64,000 nucleotides of DNA, filler included, from Sphacelaria rigidula (GCA_964200075.2; 6 parts of 6 records of this genome joined end to end with filler, not necessarily neighbours in it); one strand, 5' to 3'. Counted from the first letter of the whole stretch, positions 25,138 through 39,200 are shown. Numbers and translations: made by a program. The notes: generated from the letters alone by a model not told the origin.

Positions 25138-25430
25138 ACCCGGTGGTATAATGGCCCGACTGTCATAATTAGGGGGGAGAGAACGAGGGTTCGATTACCG
25201 ATGCGCTGGGTTTTTTCTTCGTGAGGTATGATGTCCACCGTGGAAAGCGTGAGAACGTGAGTAGATACAGTAGTCGACTGGGGTTGTGTGACGTGGGTTG
25301 ACGCGATGCGGAAATGCTGACCCAATCCGCGAGACCAAAATGTAAGGCGCGTACGAGGGGAGAAATGGGTCAGCATTTCTCGAGGAAGGGGAGAGGTTCA
25401 AAGTGCGAGGAAAAACAAAAACTGTGACGT
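25138..25430 (+). mobile_element. SINE-like family S2 copy
   Basis: CCCGGTGGTATAATGGCCCGACTGTCA...GGGTTCGATTACCGATG head with body colinear to 54770-55085; a partial minus-strand copy lies at ~16960-17086. Confidence 0.65.
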
Positions 25431-26914
25431 GACGATGGGGCTGAAAGACGCTCAACACGGGATCCTGAAAAATGGGAACGGGATATTTTATAGGAACGAA
25501 GTCACATCGAAATTGCAGAATTGACTAATAATACCGGTCAAAAATACCGTTCTTACCCCCTGTACTGTATGGAAGAAACGTAATGAGTGCCGGAATGCGT
25601 TGAAGGTGTCGCTTATAGGAGTAGGAACGATGCTCTGTCTCGAAAGGGATGCGTGGTCAATGGTCAAGCGACTAAGACAAGCAACAAATGAGTACGCCCC
25701 CCCCCCCCCCCCCCCACGCTACAAACGCGGGCCTCCTGAGCGTGCCGAGGGACCGGAAACGNNNNNNNNNNCTGGCTGGTTCCGAAAGGGATGGCGGGTC
25801 CATGGCCAAGCGCCTAAAACAAGCAACAAATGCGCCCGCCCCCCCCCCCCCCCTGCAGTTGGAACGACCGAGGTTCTCCTGTAGGTGCAATGGCTGAAGT
25901 CAGAGGCAGGTTCAATGCTTTCCAGTCACCATATGCCGGGCGCGCTCCTGCATTTCTTTGTTGCGCTGTTGCGACGTAGATCGAACTCGACCCAACATCG
26001 CGGGACTGGATCGGCCACAAAGCCAAGGGCTTGAGGGACCAAATCAAACCAAACCACGCCGCGTCCGCGAGAATCATGCAAGACGATGAAACTTATTATC
26101 TGCAGCATGAATTGTTGAGAAACACGAGCAAGCAGCAGCAGCAGCAGCAGCAGCTATCTACGTGGTGGCGATCCGACGGCGTAACGTCAATTGATTACGA
26201 GTTGATCGTTCCAGTGAGATGCAAATACGAACACCCGACCGTCCACACTCACAACAGTAGCAGTAGTGCAATGTGCACAGCACAGCATGATCAAACAGCG
26301 AGTTCACGCTTGCAGTCTGTTTCTATCGATTGACTGCGATGGGTGTTGTATCCACCCCTGTCGGTATTTGCAAATCAAATTCTACTCGTCGATTCGAAAT
26401 AAATATAGATGTTTCTGTCTCCGCTGTACAGTGCTACAGTTTGTACAGCAGACAACAGATACCGGCATGCCCCAACACGCATTCGAGAGAACGAATTGAA
26501 GAAACAATCAATTGAAAAATAGTTCCAAGGAACTGTCGGGGTTCTTGCAATGTTCTCGCAATGTTCCTCGGCAACTGATATTCATCATCATCCATGTCTC
26601 AATGTGAGGCAAAAATTCAAACGCCCTGTGATGGTTGCCAACAAGGAACAGTTGTCGCCAAGAATGTTCGATCTTCTCCTATATGAACAAGTGTAAAGTA
26701 TATCTTTCGGATTGAAGGCAACAACACCGGACGGCAAGAGCAAGGGCACTGCTCACCCGGGGCGACGCTATTTTCCTGTGTTCAGATACAGTTAGCAGGA
26801 TCTCCGTAGAACGAGGGGATTAGGGTGACGTACGAGTCCTGGAAGTCGAGAGGGTGCAAACGTGGGACAGTACACTAGTCACGGCACAGCAGCGTCCGCA
26901 CTCCGATCACTCTC

Positions 26915-29482
26915 ACTCGGCTCCTTCTACTCAATTACACCCCCTCCCCCCCCGAGTCATAGCATTACTTGGGTGTTCTCTAGTAAACGATATATGCCAA
27001 TTATCATGCGGCAATGCTGTATACAACCCCGTCCTGTTTTTCACCAAAGCAGCTCGGATCCGCAGAAGAGTAGGTGCGCTGTAATCGCACAGACCCCCGC
27101 CATCAGGACAGCTGTCTTATACAAGTATGCCCACCCAGTCAGTGAGAAATTCTCACTCAAGACTCAATATCGACAGATTTTGATCGATGTCGTGATTAGG
27201 CCATATTTATGGCACCGTCCCGTCCTTCCTCAAACCAGCTTGGATCCGCACAAGAGTAGATGCCCTGCAACTGCACGGTCCCCAACTATCTTTTAAGTCG
27301 ATCTTCTCCGTGGTTGCGGAGACATGTCCACTCAAGAGCCAAAATTGACAGTCTCAGGCTGGTGTCTTAAATATGGATGCCCACGACATCGCTGTGTTCT
27401 CGCTCAAGCCACCTCATACCATCAACCAACCGGCAACTTTGGGCCGGGAGGTATCGCCCATGGGTGCATACCTGCGCAGGAGGTACGCGTACACGACATC
27501 CTCCGAAGCCGGAGGAGGGCCCCGAAGCGGAGTCAGTACCCCTCTCCCTTTCGCTGCTACCGAAAGCTTTACACGCGTGCTGTGCCGTTTACTGTGAATA
27601 CATATCCGAGTAGCTTGCCACGTGTTGATGTCCGTGCAGCTCCGGCACTTGAAGCGGAGTTCGGGCATTACACGTACGAAATAACTCGTAGGATGCAGAG
27701 ATTAGATACGGCTACTGTCAAGCACACTAGTATTTGTCGGCGTGCATGCAAAGGCACCATGTACCTTATTCTATTTAAGTTGGCATGTAAATTAGCAGCC
27801 CGATAGAGAACGGAATTTCTATGCTTAGCTCCTTCCGCACACCCAAGCCGACATACACACACCAACCGTGCCCCCGCCCCTCTTCCGCCACTAGACAAGT
27901 GGGGCTACGGCCAAACGTATTTAACCAGGTGCCGGGGCTACCCTTGCTCTCCGTTGTTAGAGCTCTGCGCTCTGGCTTTTGTTTTCCTCTGCCCTCCAGA
28001 CCCAGCCCGAGTGGAATCCTTTATCCTTGAATCTCCACGAGATTTGTCCCTTCAACCGTTTCGGCTGGGGATCGCTTTAGTCACGCCGACATTCGTCGGC
28101 TGTTCGCGACTGTCAGCTTTATGTTTCCCACGTACGTCACAAAGTTTTGGCCTCCCAATCTTGAGCGCTTGTGCGGGGCTCTTCGGCGTGGGGTCACTGC
28201 TGGATGATTTCAACAGGTACTGGGCGTATTTGTCAAGTTGTTCCTGAACCCTCAGTGCTTCATCAAACGGAATCGACCTCAAGCCTTCGCTTACGTTCTC
28301 TTTGCTCTTCATCACCATACTGGCGAGGCTCGCCGCCGATCGCGTGCTCTTCGGTATTGCGTTGCCTGAATTACACGTTCGGCAGGATGCACACCGTCCA
28401 TGTCATTGTCGCCGTCAAACGTGGCCCCCCAGAAATTTCATCGTCACCTTCATGATTCCCATCAACGCCTTAGCTGTGACCTTTCGATCGCAAGGAGGTA
28501 ATGCCCTCCGGCCCACAGTTTGCCCGTTGGTTCAGGATACAAGGTGACTTGAGTGAAAACACAAAGCTGTTGCTGATAACCAAATTTCCGACACCAGCCT
28601 GAGACTGTCAGTTTTAGCTCTCTAGTAGACATATCTCTGCAGCCGCGCATCAGATTGGCCCGCGACACAGTTTTCCTGATAGTTTGGGACCATGCCGTTA
28701 CCTTGCACCTACTGCTATGGTATCCGAGGTGTTTTTGGCGAAAATCGGGCGGTGTTGTAAACATTGCTTGTATACGACATCGTGTTCAAAACTGTCGATG
28801 TTGGCTCTTAGCGAGCATTTCTCCGCATCCACTGACCGGATCGACTTACACGATAGCATTGCTGATAGCCGGGGGCCGTAGCGTCACTATTATTGTTATT
28901 TCTGCACATTGGTTCGATCTGTCGAACCCTTGGTCCCGGACGTAGGCTCGTCTTTCCAACACCGTCCCTGCTATTCCTCACAAGACATGGGAGTTCTCAT
29001 AATATTTTCTGAGACCCTAGACGAGGAACAAAACCAAGCATACGAGCAAACAAGCAAAAAAAACACTATCAACTACAAACAAGAAGAGCTCCGGCAAGAA
29101 AACAGATGAGAAACTGCTTCCGCTGAGTTTATCGAGGGTTACAGAGCATCTACTCTTGTGCGGATCGAAGCTGTTATGATCAAGAACGGGTTGGCGGGGT
29201 AAATATGACTGCCGCATTTTCGACACCGATTTTGGCTCTGAATTTCTCCACAACAACTGATCGAATCGGCGTACGAGATAGTTGTCCCAATTATGGGGTT
29301 CGTGCGGTTTCAGCACGCCTACTCTTCTGCGGATCTGGCATGTTTGGGTGAAGAACGGGGCGGTGTCGTAAATAACAAATTACAGCACCGGTGCCGTAAA
29401 TTGCACTATCGTTTTATCATGTGCCTGAGCCAAATAACACATTAGCAGTGTCCAATCGGTTGGGCAAGAGTGGCCGGGGCCG
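26915..29482. mobile_element. Foldback / long-TIR (possibly Mutator-like) non-autonomous element
   Basis: The left arm (e.g. 27310-27470) is the reverse complement of 28497-28650. A ~60-bp module (core GGATCCGCAnAAGAGTAG) occurs twice on the left and inverted two to three times on the right. A decayed internal minus-strand ORF contains KIGRPK. Confidence 0.6.
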
Positions 29483-30289
29483 ATGCAATGACTGCGACTA
29501 CCGTAGAGAGAAGGGATGTCAACGATCAGCTGCAGAATATGTTGAGCCAGCTGACAAGTCAGTTTAGTGTAAAATGACTGCGCTTGCTAGGGATATGCAG
29601 TCAAGGCATACAACAATCCAGAGTCGAGAAGGTGGTCTTGAAGAAGCACACGAATTCGGCGGCGTGCCACGGAGCGACGTAATCGATAGCGAGAAATTTC
29701 CTGGGAGGAGTCTTCGATGGCGACACAATAGCTACAACAGGCTGACAGCGCGGCCAAACCGAGCGTCTCGGGAAGCCGCCGGCGCTATCGCGAGAGCGAG
29801 CACGTAGCTTCATCTGGGACCACAGGACAGGAAGCAACGGGGCTAGGGGGTTGGGCCCCAAACGTGAGTAAGTAGCTATGTAGGATCCTAGTGAACAGGG
29901 TGTTCAGAGCGTAATTGTTGCACCTATTTTCAAGGCTGCTGTAACAAAAGCAAAAAACCCTGACATACTTCGCTCATTTCGAATACTCATCAACTTCGCG
30001 AGAAGCGAAGGTATCGATTGGGTGTTCACTCCATGATACTGTTTAAATTTGGTACCCATAATTTGAGTAGAGTATTGAGATCATACCCAGTTTCTCCAAC
30101 ACTTGGGTAGAGTTTGAAATCGTAGTCAACTCTACCCAAATATTGGGTTGGGTATTGAGGTCATATCCAAGTGATACTCCCATCCCTGGGTATTGCTGAG
30201 ATTACTTCCCAAATGTTTAGGTAGAGTATTGAGATCATACCCAACTCTACCCAGTATTTGTCACTGTCTAACGACAGCTCGCATGGTGG

Positions 30290-31870
30290 GGAGGTGGGAG
30301 ACACGGAGTTGCCGGGACGTTACCTGGAGACAAGGCACGGCAACGAAATAATGGCTGCGAACAATAGCTATAGCCAGATGCCGGTGGCGAGACTTGAGAA
30401 CAAGAGGGACAGGGATGTTCTTTTCAGAATTCCTTCCCCGGCAGCAGTTTGGAGAGAGCTGATAGAGTCATATAGCCTCAGGATTAATGGAGGTAGACTG
30501 ATGGAAAAGTACGGTCATATCAAGATCGGTGTTCGATATGACCCAATTCAGAAGCCAGTCGAAATGATGGATGCAGTTCGACAATTGAGGTCGTACGATG
30601 ACCACATCAACCTGACGGAAGCGCCAGCTCTCTCGATTGTTTTCTTTTGCCTCCCTCACGAGTACATCCTCCAGAAGCAAATGCTGGAGGATCGTGAAGT
30701 CTCTCTCTTGCGGGGAAGCGTGGTGTGATCCATTCGAAAGCGCCTCGAACCGGCACGTTTCAAGTAGGAACTCACAAAAGGGAAGGAGGCTTTCCCCGGT
30801 TATCAGACTTTCGTTGTCAAGGGTCACCTCGGCAGACCCAGCGACACCCACCGGAAGAGAAGACAGGGGAAAAGGAGGGGCCCAGGTCGCGGTGGGGCTA
30901 GAGCACAAGCAGTCAGTCGTCGACGTCATCGTCGAATACCCGATCAGCGGCTGTATCGCAGTGGTGCTGGGACATCTGACAGCAGATGACAACGCACCGA
31001 GCGGGACAAAGGGGCGCGAAATTATTGCTTGCCCAAAGTCTGGACAAGATGCGGTTATGGCGATGGGTTCAGTAAATGACGTCGTCAACTCTCCCGTATG
31101 CTCGGACGCTGAGGTAGAGGCGTTCACCGGCATAGACACGACCAAGACCGTCGAAGAAACCACAGGCGAGTGTGGGCTTTCTGTTGGGACGGGGAGCCTT
31201 GAACAGCAAGATGGGGACGAACCCTGGGTGTTTGACATGGGGGCAACCCACAGGTTTTCGCCAGATTGTAGCAAGATGGCGGAAGACCGAGAATGCGGGG
31301 ATAGCGTACTACGGTGTGCCGGCGGTAGTACCTACCCGATCGTTGGCAGGGGTAACCTGACTCTAGGCTTTTGATCTGACGGACGTGGTGCAGTACTTCT
31401 TGTCAAGAATTTAGACCATGCACCAAGTATCCGTCACAATCTTTTCCCATTGACAAATATATCAGCGGCGAGACACACCTACATCGGATCCCATGTCGGT
31501 TTTCGGGTAGAGGTTTAATCAGGGAACACCCTGCAAATACCCGGCCAGCATAAACTCCTCACATTGTATGTCCACCGCATGGATCCAACAGATCATGACA
31601 AGTATGCATCAGTATGTGCAGTGATCGCCCAGGGGCGCTACCTAGCCCCCAGATCGTTGACGTCAGCGATTTTTCACTGTCCCCACGCTAACGTGCGCGA
31701 GGATCTCCTCGCAAGACCGCGACACAGCTCGGGGTGGAGCTGCAAGGCGAGCTGAGACGATGCCGTGGATACTCGGAGGAAAAAGAGACTCCCACGATCC
31801 ATGCCAAGACCGACATACTGGAGCAGCAAATCCGACATCCAGAGTGTTCGTAGATCTTGCAGGGCCAGAA
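30290..31870 (+). mobile_element. Degenerate Ty1/copia LTR retrotransposon internal region (gag, protease, start of integrase)
   Basis: Gag-like segment (VWRELIESY...CLPHEY), then copia-type protease WVFDMGATH...CAGGSTYPIVGRGNL, then HAPSIRHNLF, then RVFVDLAGP (integrase start). The order is copia-like, with stops and frameshifts. Confidence 0.8.
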
Positions 31871-32199
31871 CCAGTTAGACTCGGCAGCGGGGGGGGGGGG
31901 GGGGGGGGGGGCGGTTTTCTTGCATTGTTTTGTATGTGGGCGATGAGGACATTGTGCCCATCGTCCAGATGCTGGGATNNNNNNNNNNNNNNNNNNNNNN
32001 NNNNNNNNNNNNNNNNNNNNNNTTAATTAATTAANNNNNNNNNNNNNNNNNNNNNNNNNNNNNNNNNNNNNNNNNNNNGGTGAGAGAGCGGGGGGGGGGG
32101 GGGAGTTAAGTTATATTTGACTACCCGTGTCGTAGTTGGCTACTTGAAAAAAGTGTTCGTCGCTTGCCACCGATCATCACGATGAGCGCTTAATTATCT

Positions 32200-32640
32200 T
32201 CGACCAGGATACGAGTATCTGCTGTAACTTCCGAAAAGAAATATCCTCCCAATCAATTTGTTGAGCGACTTACGGGCTGACCGGTCCTGGGGGATTGTGC
32301 GACTACTGTACACAACCCTAGGTTTTGACTCCTTTATATTTTCACTCGACTGAACCAATCCCGATCGTTCTCGTGAACTAATGCACGAATACTATTTTTT
32401 CGAATATCTACCCATTCATTGCGCTAGAGCAGCCGAAAATATACTGTGTTTTTTGCCCTTAACGGTAAATGACACCCCGTGATAAACGGGGTCTATACGC
32501 CGTATCGCTCCGTCGACGCAAACTTGGACATCACGTGCCGAGGACGACCTGTTTCCCCCCAATCTCTACCGACTCTAGCACTTTCGAATGCCAATGAAGA
32601 ATAGTATGCGAGAAAGCCCCATGAAGGTCCCAACTACGAA
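32200..32640. mobile_element. MITE family H, diverged partial copy
   Basis: Shares TTGAGCGACTTACGGGCTGACCGG, GCCGAAAA..CTGTG, AAACGGGGT and CTAGCACTTTC blocks with 47570-47890. Confidence 0.55.
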
Positions 32641-34229
32641 AATTCAGAGAGGGTATCATCGACCATTATTGGTCCGAAAGACACACATTTTTCGGGTCTG
32701 GCGCAATGTGTTAGATATAGTGTTTGGCGTAGACTGTCCCAGCAATATTCAGTAGCACAGCCCAGAGAGGATGTTCTCTTTGGTGTTTATGCGGAGTAAC
32801 CACTGTTGATTGAAGGTCCCAAAAGTTGAAGATTTCGTCTGTAACAGTATGGACCGATCTGAGTATCGGTTCAGTACTTTATAGAACCTTCGATGGCAGT
32901 AGCATATGGCTTCTTGAGAAGATGAGTACAAGAGAACTCACTAGCAAATTGCGAGCCCCACTCTTTCACTCCCCTCTTATCTAATCTTCATGTTTTTCAT
33001 CGTCAGTTTTCGGTATCCCCTGGACTCTCGACACAGTTCGTTGCTCAAGTTATTTTCGTTGGCCGCGCGTGCCCTTTTTAAACATCATCATCTTCATGCC
33101 TCGTGCATTCTGCACACTCCTGGGCTTTCGCGACCACACCAGGTCGTATCGTCACATACGCCAGTAGGTCATGAGCCTCATCTACAGCGCGGCGTGTACA
33201 TCAGAAATCTTCGAGGAGACCGCGTCGAGGGAATTAGCAATCTGGAGCAATAACAACGACGCTGTTGATCAGCGACGGGAAAGTCAACTTTGGTAGTTCA
33301 AAAACGTGAGTCGAGTCAAGATTTGCGATACCAGCTCGGATGTAGATTGATCATCTAGAGACGAGATATTCTGCACTGGTGACCGAGTGCGTCTTGGTCG
33401 TGTACTGCTGTCAGGACAGCTATACATCGAAGCGCCATTATCGTTGTCGGGGAGTTATACTTTCCGTTTCCTCTTCCTGCATGGATCGAGATTGATGCGG
33501 CGTGATTACGGTAAGATCTTGAGGCGCCGCAGATTGCATTACACCCATTTGAGCTTGCACTAACTGCAGCATAGGCGGCACAGATAGCGCACATCAGTCA
33601 TTCGAATATGGGTTGAGACGGACTCGAGGCGTTCAGTTGAGCCTGCGCAAGCTGCACACGCGGTCATTCGGCTATCCCCATAAAAATCCTCTGTCGCGAT
33701 TTTCATCCTCTCGAGGGTAAAATGCTCTCTAGAGGGTATTTCATCCCCAGGTGCGGTCATAAACGAATCCTCTCGAGGGCAGCTGACGCTCCAGTGACCT
33801 CTGAGGTCTGAATCCCTCGAGAGTAACAAAACAAATGGTGCCCTGGAGGGCCGCACATCCTCCAAATCCCTCCGGGGGGTGCGCGGTCCTCGAGGGGCGA
33901 AACAAGCCTTTGGAGGCGTTTAATTCCTCTGGAGGCTCGAAAGGTTGACCGCAACAGAGTATGTTTGGGGAGTAGCCCAATGGCCGCGTGTGTGCAGCAT
34001 AGGCGGCACAGGTAGTGCGCGTCAGTCCTTCGAACTCGGGTCGAGAGGGACTCGAGGTCTTCACTTAAGCCTGCACAAACTGCAGCATACACGGCACAGG
34101 CAGTTCTTGTCAGTACTGAAGGGCACAGGCCGAGCTTTGTAAACTCGGGGGTTGTATTCGAGAAGCCTGCACAGGGATCGCAGCAAGATATTCACGAACT
34201 CTTCACGCGAACTGCTGAGCGAGAGGAAT

Positions 34230-36233
34230 GATCATCATGGACGGCGCTACGAACAACCTTTACGTTTACCTTAGAACAAATAGCAAAATTCGATGGCAAG
34301 AAAATAAGTGAGTCCCTCGAATGAATTCCGAAGCTTCGTGCCTGTCTCAGCATTCATAACAGAGCCAGTTTCATCATCCTGCAAGGGAAAAAACGACCAT
34401 CGGAGACCGACGACGGCCAGGCCACCGCTCGTGCGGCGTGGGGTGCCGCCAACAATGATGTGTTCGGCGTACTGTGCTTCTCGACAGGCGGCTCAGCATT
34501 CTTCGTCGTACAGAGATTCGAGGGCACGTTACTCGAGGACGGGGCCAGCCTGGTGATAGACATTAGCGTGGGCAGCGTTGCGCGAAAAGATTCAAGGCAA
34601 ATCACGCGCAGTGATTCGCGTGGAGCACCCCAAAATGAAATACACGCCGATACGCTCAGGATAGGGCCCAGACTAACACATCCACATCATGGACAGTTGC
34701 CGCGACTGCCTTAACGCGCACGATCCACAAGAGGGTCCAATATGCCGGCAATGTAAAGACATTCTACTCCAAGATCTTCGTCCCGTGTACAAGGCCATAC
34801 GCCAAGTTCATGCGGAAAGGGGGAACTTCGGCCTTGCCAATATCCCACGTATGATGGCGGCCATCCACGGGGATAGCCTCGCCTGTTCACGCCCTGATTC
34901 ATTCACGGGATCGCGGGACGTGGTGCCGCCATACAGGCATTTGTCCGCGATCGCAATGAAACCCAACTACCACATTTGTAATCGTGTCGGCCACTTCAAA
35001 GTATACACCCGCTCCGCTTCAAGCACCAGCAGCAAAATGATGGACAACAGTCACGGCATCGCGAAGAACACCAGAACAACCTCCGCAGACAGCACCAACG
35101 AAACGGTGGATGCGGACAAGGTCCTGTGTCGTACTCATACCATAAAACAACCACTCATAGCGATGCTTGACTTTTGCGCCAGGAGGACAGAATGGGCTGA
35201 CGGCAACACTCACGGTGTTGCCACACCGGGCCTTCGCGTGTCAGGGGAACCCGCAGCACCTACGACCGTCCTTCTGGAAGAGAACGACCAGCGGGAACGC
35301 CCCGACATTTCCTTCACAGCGATGGAGGTACATCCCACGACGGCAACTGCAGCAGAGCAAAGCCACAAGGCGGCGACCTGACCATTCGGCTCACTGTCAT
35401 TCGCATCCTTGGCCAATCGAAGAATGCACCAAGCCCCCTATCTCTTTAGGGGGTCAGGAAAAGCCGGACTTCTCCCGTATGTACGGGAGAACGGCCGGTG
35501 AGGGCGAACCGCTCTGCGGCACGGCCCTGATGGAGCCAGAAACGGCTGACGTCGAGGGCAAACCGCAGGTCAAGAACGATGTTGTCACGGGTCTAGTCGA
35601 CAGGGGAACAGGGTCCCTAGTTTGACGATCTCATCATTCCTGGGCTCAACATCGCCTGGAGGACTACACCTCCCTCAGTACGCCTTGCAGGATACTCACA
35701 GCTGGAGGAGCTCTACCGGAAGGCACAGCGGAGAGTGTTCTTCAAGACCTCATCACCGACGACAACGGAGAGCAGCACCTCGCACGGATCTCAACCTTCA
35801 GTGTGCCCGGCATTTGGCAATCGTTTCTCGGTAAACACAGCAACGAGAAAAGGCATCGCTTCGATTTTTGATGCTATCAACTCCAGACTGAGAGCGACCG
35901 GTATTACCTGCGCCGCTTCGCGTAGAGGACGACGACGGCTACTTTTCAAGCTAGACCAGGGTGAATTGATACCCAGGAAAGAAGCTGGTGGCGAATGCAG
36001 TGGTCAATGCCCAAGTATGGCACCGGCGACTGGTTCACCTCAACAAGCGCAGCCTTGAAGTCATGAGCAAGGACGGCAATGGCGTCACAATCGACGGTTC
36101 TATCGCGGACTGTGACGTTTGTGCGGTGGGGAAACGTTACCAGCTGGCTCGCCCCAAGAAAGCCAAGCACACCGATATAAATGCGCTCCTTCAGCTCGTA
36201 TTTGGAAACCTCACGGGCGGGATTACAGTCTAG
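34230..36233 (+). mobile_element. Second degenerate Ty1/copia relic (gag knuckle, protease remnant, GAG-pre-integrase, integrase start)
   Basis: HICNRVGHFK knuckle remnant, GLVDRGTG protease-like site, and VWHRRLVHLN...CDVCAVGK...LQLVFGNLTG (copia HHCC and integrase start). Many disruptions. Confidence 0.8.
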
Positions 36234-39200
36234 CATCAGCGTAAAGTTGTTCATCACCACCTACCGCACCTGGCGTTCCTACTTTGCAGACTCCTGCCTT
36301 GGTTCTTGTTTTTGTGTCGGTTCTGTTTTTCCGCGGTTCTTAGTTTGTGGTGTTGTCTTCCACACCCGTCTGTCATTTTGTCATTGCGTCGCCCTTGCAT
36401 TGAGTTCGTACGATCCTCTTCTCCTCTTTTTCTCCGTTTGTTCGGTTTCGTGTCCTTTGTTTTCGGATTTGTTTCACAAAGCCAACTCCCTGTTTTTCTT
36501 CGTTTGTTCTGTTTCATCTCTCGATCTAGCGATGCGTGTTTGTAGATGCCTGATGTGCAATTTATGGACAACTGCTCTTTCCCCAAGGGTTTGATCAAGC
36601 TGGTCGAGTGTTTCCGCATAGCACACCAGTTTGTTGAGTCTTGCATTCGAAATGGTAGCACGTAGAACTTCACTTCCTCGCAGTTCCCGAAGCCTAGTTC
36701 TGGGTCTGCCATGTAATAATGGTGATCGTGTACAGTACAAGGATGCAACCCCGGGCGCCGGGAAGGCTACCTAATAAATGACAAAAAGGGTGAGCCCCCC
36801 CTGACGTGAAGAGAAAATGGACAAAAGGGAAGTTGAAAATGCGTAAGAGTGAACAGTAAAGAAGCATTCGCAGTACAACCCGGAAACCTACTGCGAGGAG
36901 ATCTTCTATATTCGAACGCACGAAAGAACAAGAACGTTACCGAAAAGGAGAGCTCGATTGTGAAAACCATGAAGTCTCGCACAAACGCGATCTGTACAGA
37001 AAAGATAACAGGAACAACATCGCAACCCGCTATATGAACAAGCCGCATGAAAATACGAGACAGTGAGTAAACTGCGCGTAGAGGAAACCGAACTTGTTCA
37101 GAAGATACACCTGATCGTCCCACCTGAGCTTAGAAGATAATCTTTGGGGTAAGCACGAGGGGTATGGCCGGGATTGAGTGACTGTTCGAACTAAAGTAAG
37201 ACGCGATCTTCGAGAGATATCCACAGGCCATAGTTTTGTCCGCTGACGGGGCCTAGAGCGAAGTTGACATATTTTGTAAGGGTCGATCGGGAGGATCCCG
37301 TTTGTAAGGTCGACGTAATGGGGGGACAGGCCCGGAACGTTATGGTCGTGTACGTGCTTGCCAGAGGCAAAGGCACAACCGTCGAAGCGCGCTTGTCAGG
37401 TATGAGAGCGTCCGCGGTGTAGAAGGAAAAGTTTCGCCCGAAATCCATTCAAGGATGTTGCTGCTGTTGTTTATAAAGTTCTTCGTAGTATATATGGTGT
37501 CGTTGATAGAATATGGGATGGCGCGATCGATCATGGGAATCTATTGGATTCACCGTGAAATTCGGATGAAAGAAAATCGATCAGGTTTCGATATCCGTGG
37601 TGTATCGCATCATGAAAGGATCACAGGGTTATCAGGAAGACGGTTGAGCGGTCTCGTCCTTTCACCGGTAGATCGAGCGGATAAAAGGTTGAACCAATTC
37701 CTTGTCAAATGGTGATGCGTCAGCGATGGGCAATTGGCCGAAGATTGCGTCAGGGGTTGATCCAAACTTCACGATGGTCGGCGGTTTGCGTGAAACTTAC
37801 GTTGGTCAAGGGAAGTGTTTTCGCCGAAAGGGAGTTCGTTCCTGAGGATATCTTTTAATATCAGGTCAAGGGCTTGTAAGCGAAACTTTTGGGTTCAAAC
37901 GATTTTGTCCCCGGTAGCGAGTTCACAACGACGAAGTGGTTCGGCTCGCCAAGGTTCGGAAATATAAGTGTACCGAATGTGAACTAAGCTTCGCTAGGGG
38001 TGAGGCAGCCCGAGGAAGAACGTTGTCGTACCCTACTGCCGAAGGATCTCCAGAGCAAGGCGTAATTCTCCTTCTTTGTCATTTGGGCAAGGATGTGACC
38101 GTAGTCAAGGGTAGGCTAGAAGAACGAGTGAACGAGGTGGTACGGGAGTGCCAGCTACGTTCCACCAGGGTTCATGTGGTGACCCTATTGTTTTTGGGCT
38201 CTTGTACTGTAGACCCGGTTTGCCTAGGTTTGCTTGAGATTCACAGGTTTGAACGTTTCGAGTCCGCTCATGTGTGTCACTGGCGGGCTCCGTTCCTGTG
38301 ACTGTTTCTCCAGCTTACATGTGTATATGGATTTTCATTACGCTCATACATCCGTGGCCTTCACACAAACATTTATTTGCTGTCAATCGTCCATCGCGGG
38401 GGGGGGGAGGTTGAACAAGAAAGTGCGATCCATCCACCTGGTGATTGGAGGGCTGCGATGCCCGCTGATATAGTAAGAACAACGCTATTGGTTTCTGTAC
38501 GGAGTTAAGCTGAAACAGCATTTTGTTCTATAGACGAACAGACGGTTTTCCAGGGTCGGCCATGAAGGCGTCACCTTTACCACCCATGACTGCGGAAACG
38601 ATGTTGTCTTACCCATGACCTTGTTCACGTCTTAGTATCCACGGGTAGCTGATTCTCAGGAAACAGCTTTCGAATGTCCGGATCGGACATAGAAGATGAA
38701 GCGCGCTGATACTCAGTGTCGCTCTGTTCAATGACCGAGAGGTCAACTTGCGCCGTGGATTCACTCTTCATCTGAAGGGGTAACTTACTACGTCAATCCT
38801 TTCTGGAGTGGCTGTAGCGTACCATTAAAGGTGATCATGACGAGAAGACATGGAGCTCCATGACAAAAAATTTCATCTGGAAGACCAGGACTCATGATTT
38901 TTACGTCAGTACCCGACCCACTGAAAGACCTCTGGAGAAAAATACCGGTTATCCCTAGCTTGCGAATAATGCATTTCAATGTAAACATCACTGGGGTGAT
39001 CTACATGAAACCACAGGCGAACAGGAATGTTAGCCCGGTCTGGCAGTACAGGCGAGCCCCAGAACAGAGAGAAGCGAAGCCAAAGGTACGACCAAAGAGG
39101 AGAACGAAAACACACAGCCAACGAACTGAACACGAAGATTTATGGCCAACATATAATTGAGGCAAGAAAAATCACCACAAGAGGCCAAAAACAGCACCAA

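Noticed and set aside
24740..26110. Possible minus-strand spliced gene (ORF 25814-26077 and a candidate exon near 24826-24913)
   Set aside because: No phase-consistent exon chain or known motif could be built, and the region contains a 10-N gap and repeats.
30468..31274. 268-aa minus-strand ORF
   Set aside because: It is antisense to the copia gag-protease relic and has no recognisable motif.
36790..38500. Decayed coding-like minus-strand region, possibly a retroelement
   Set aside because: I could not recover any diagnostic RT, GIY-YIG or integrase motif.
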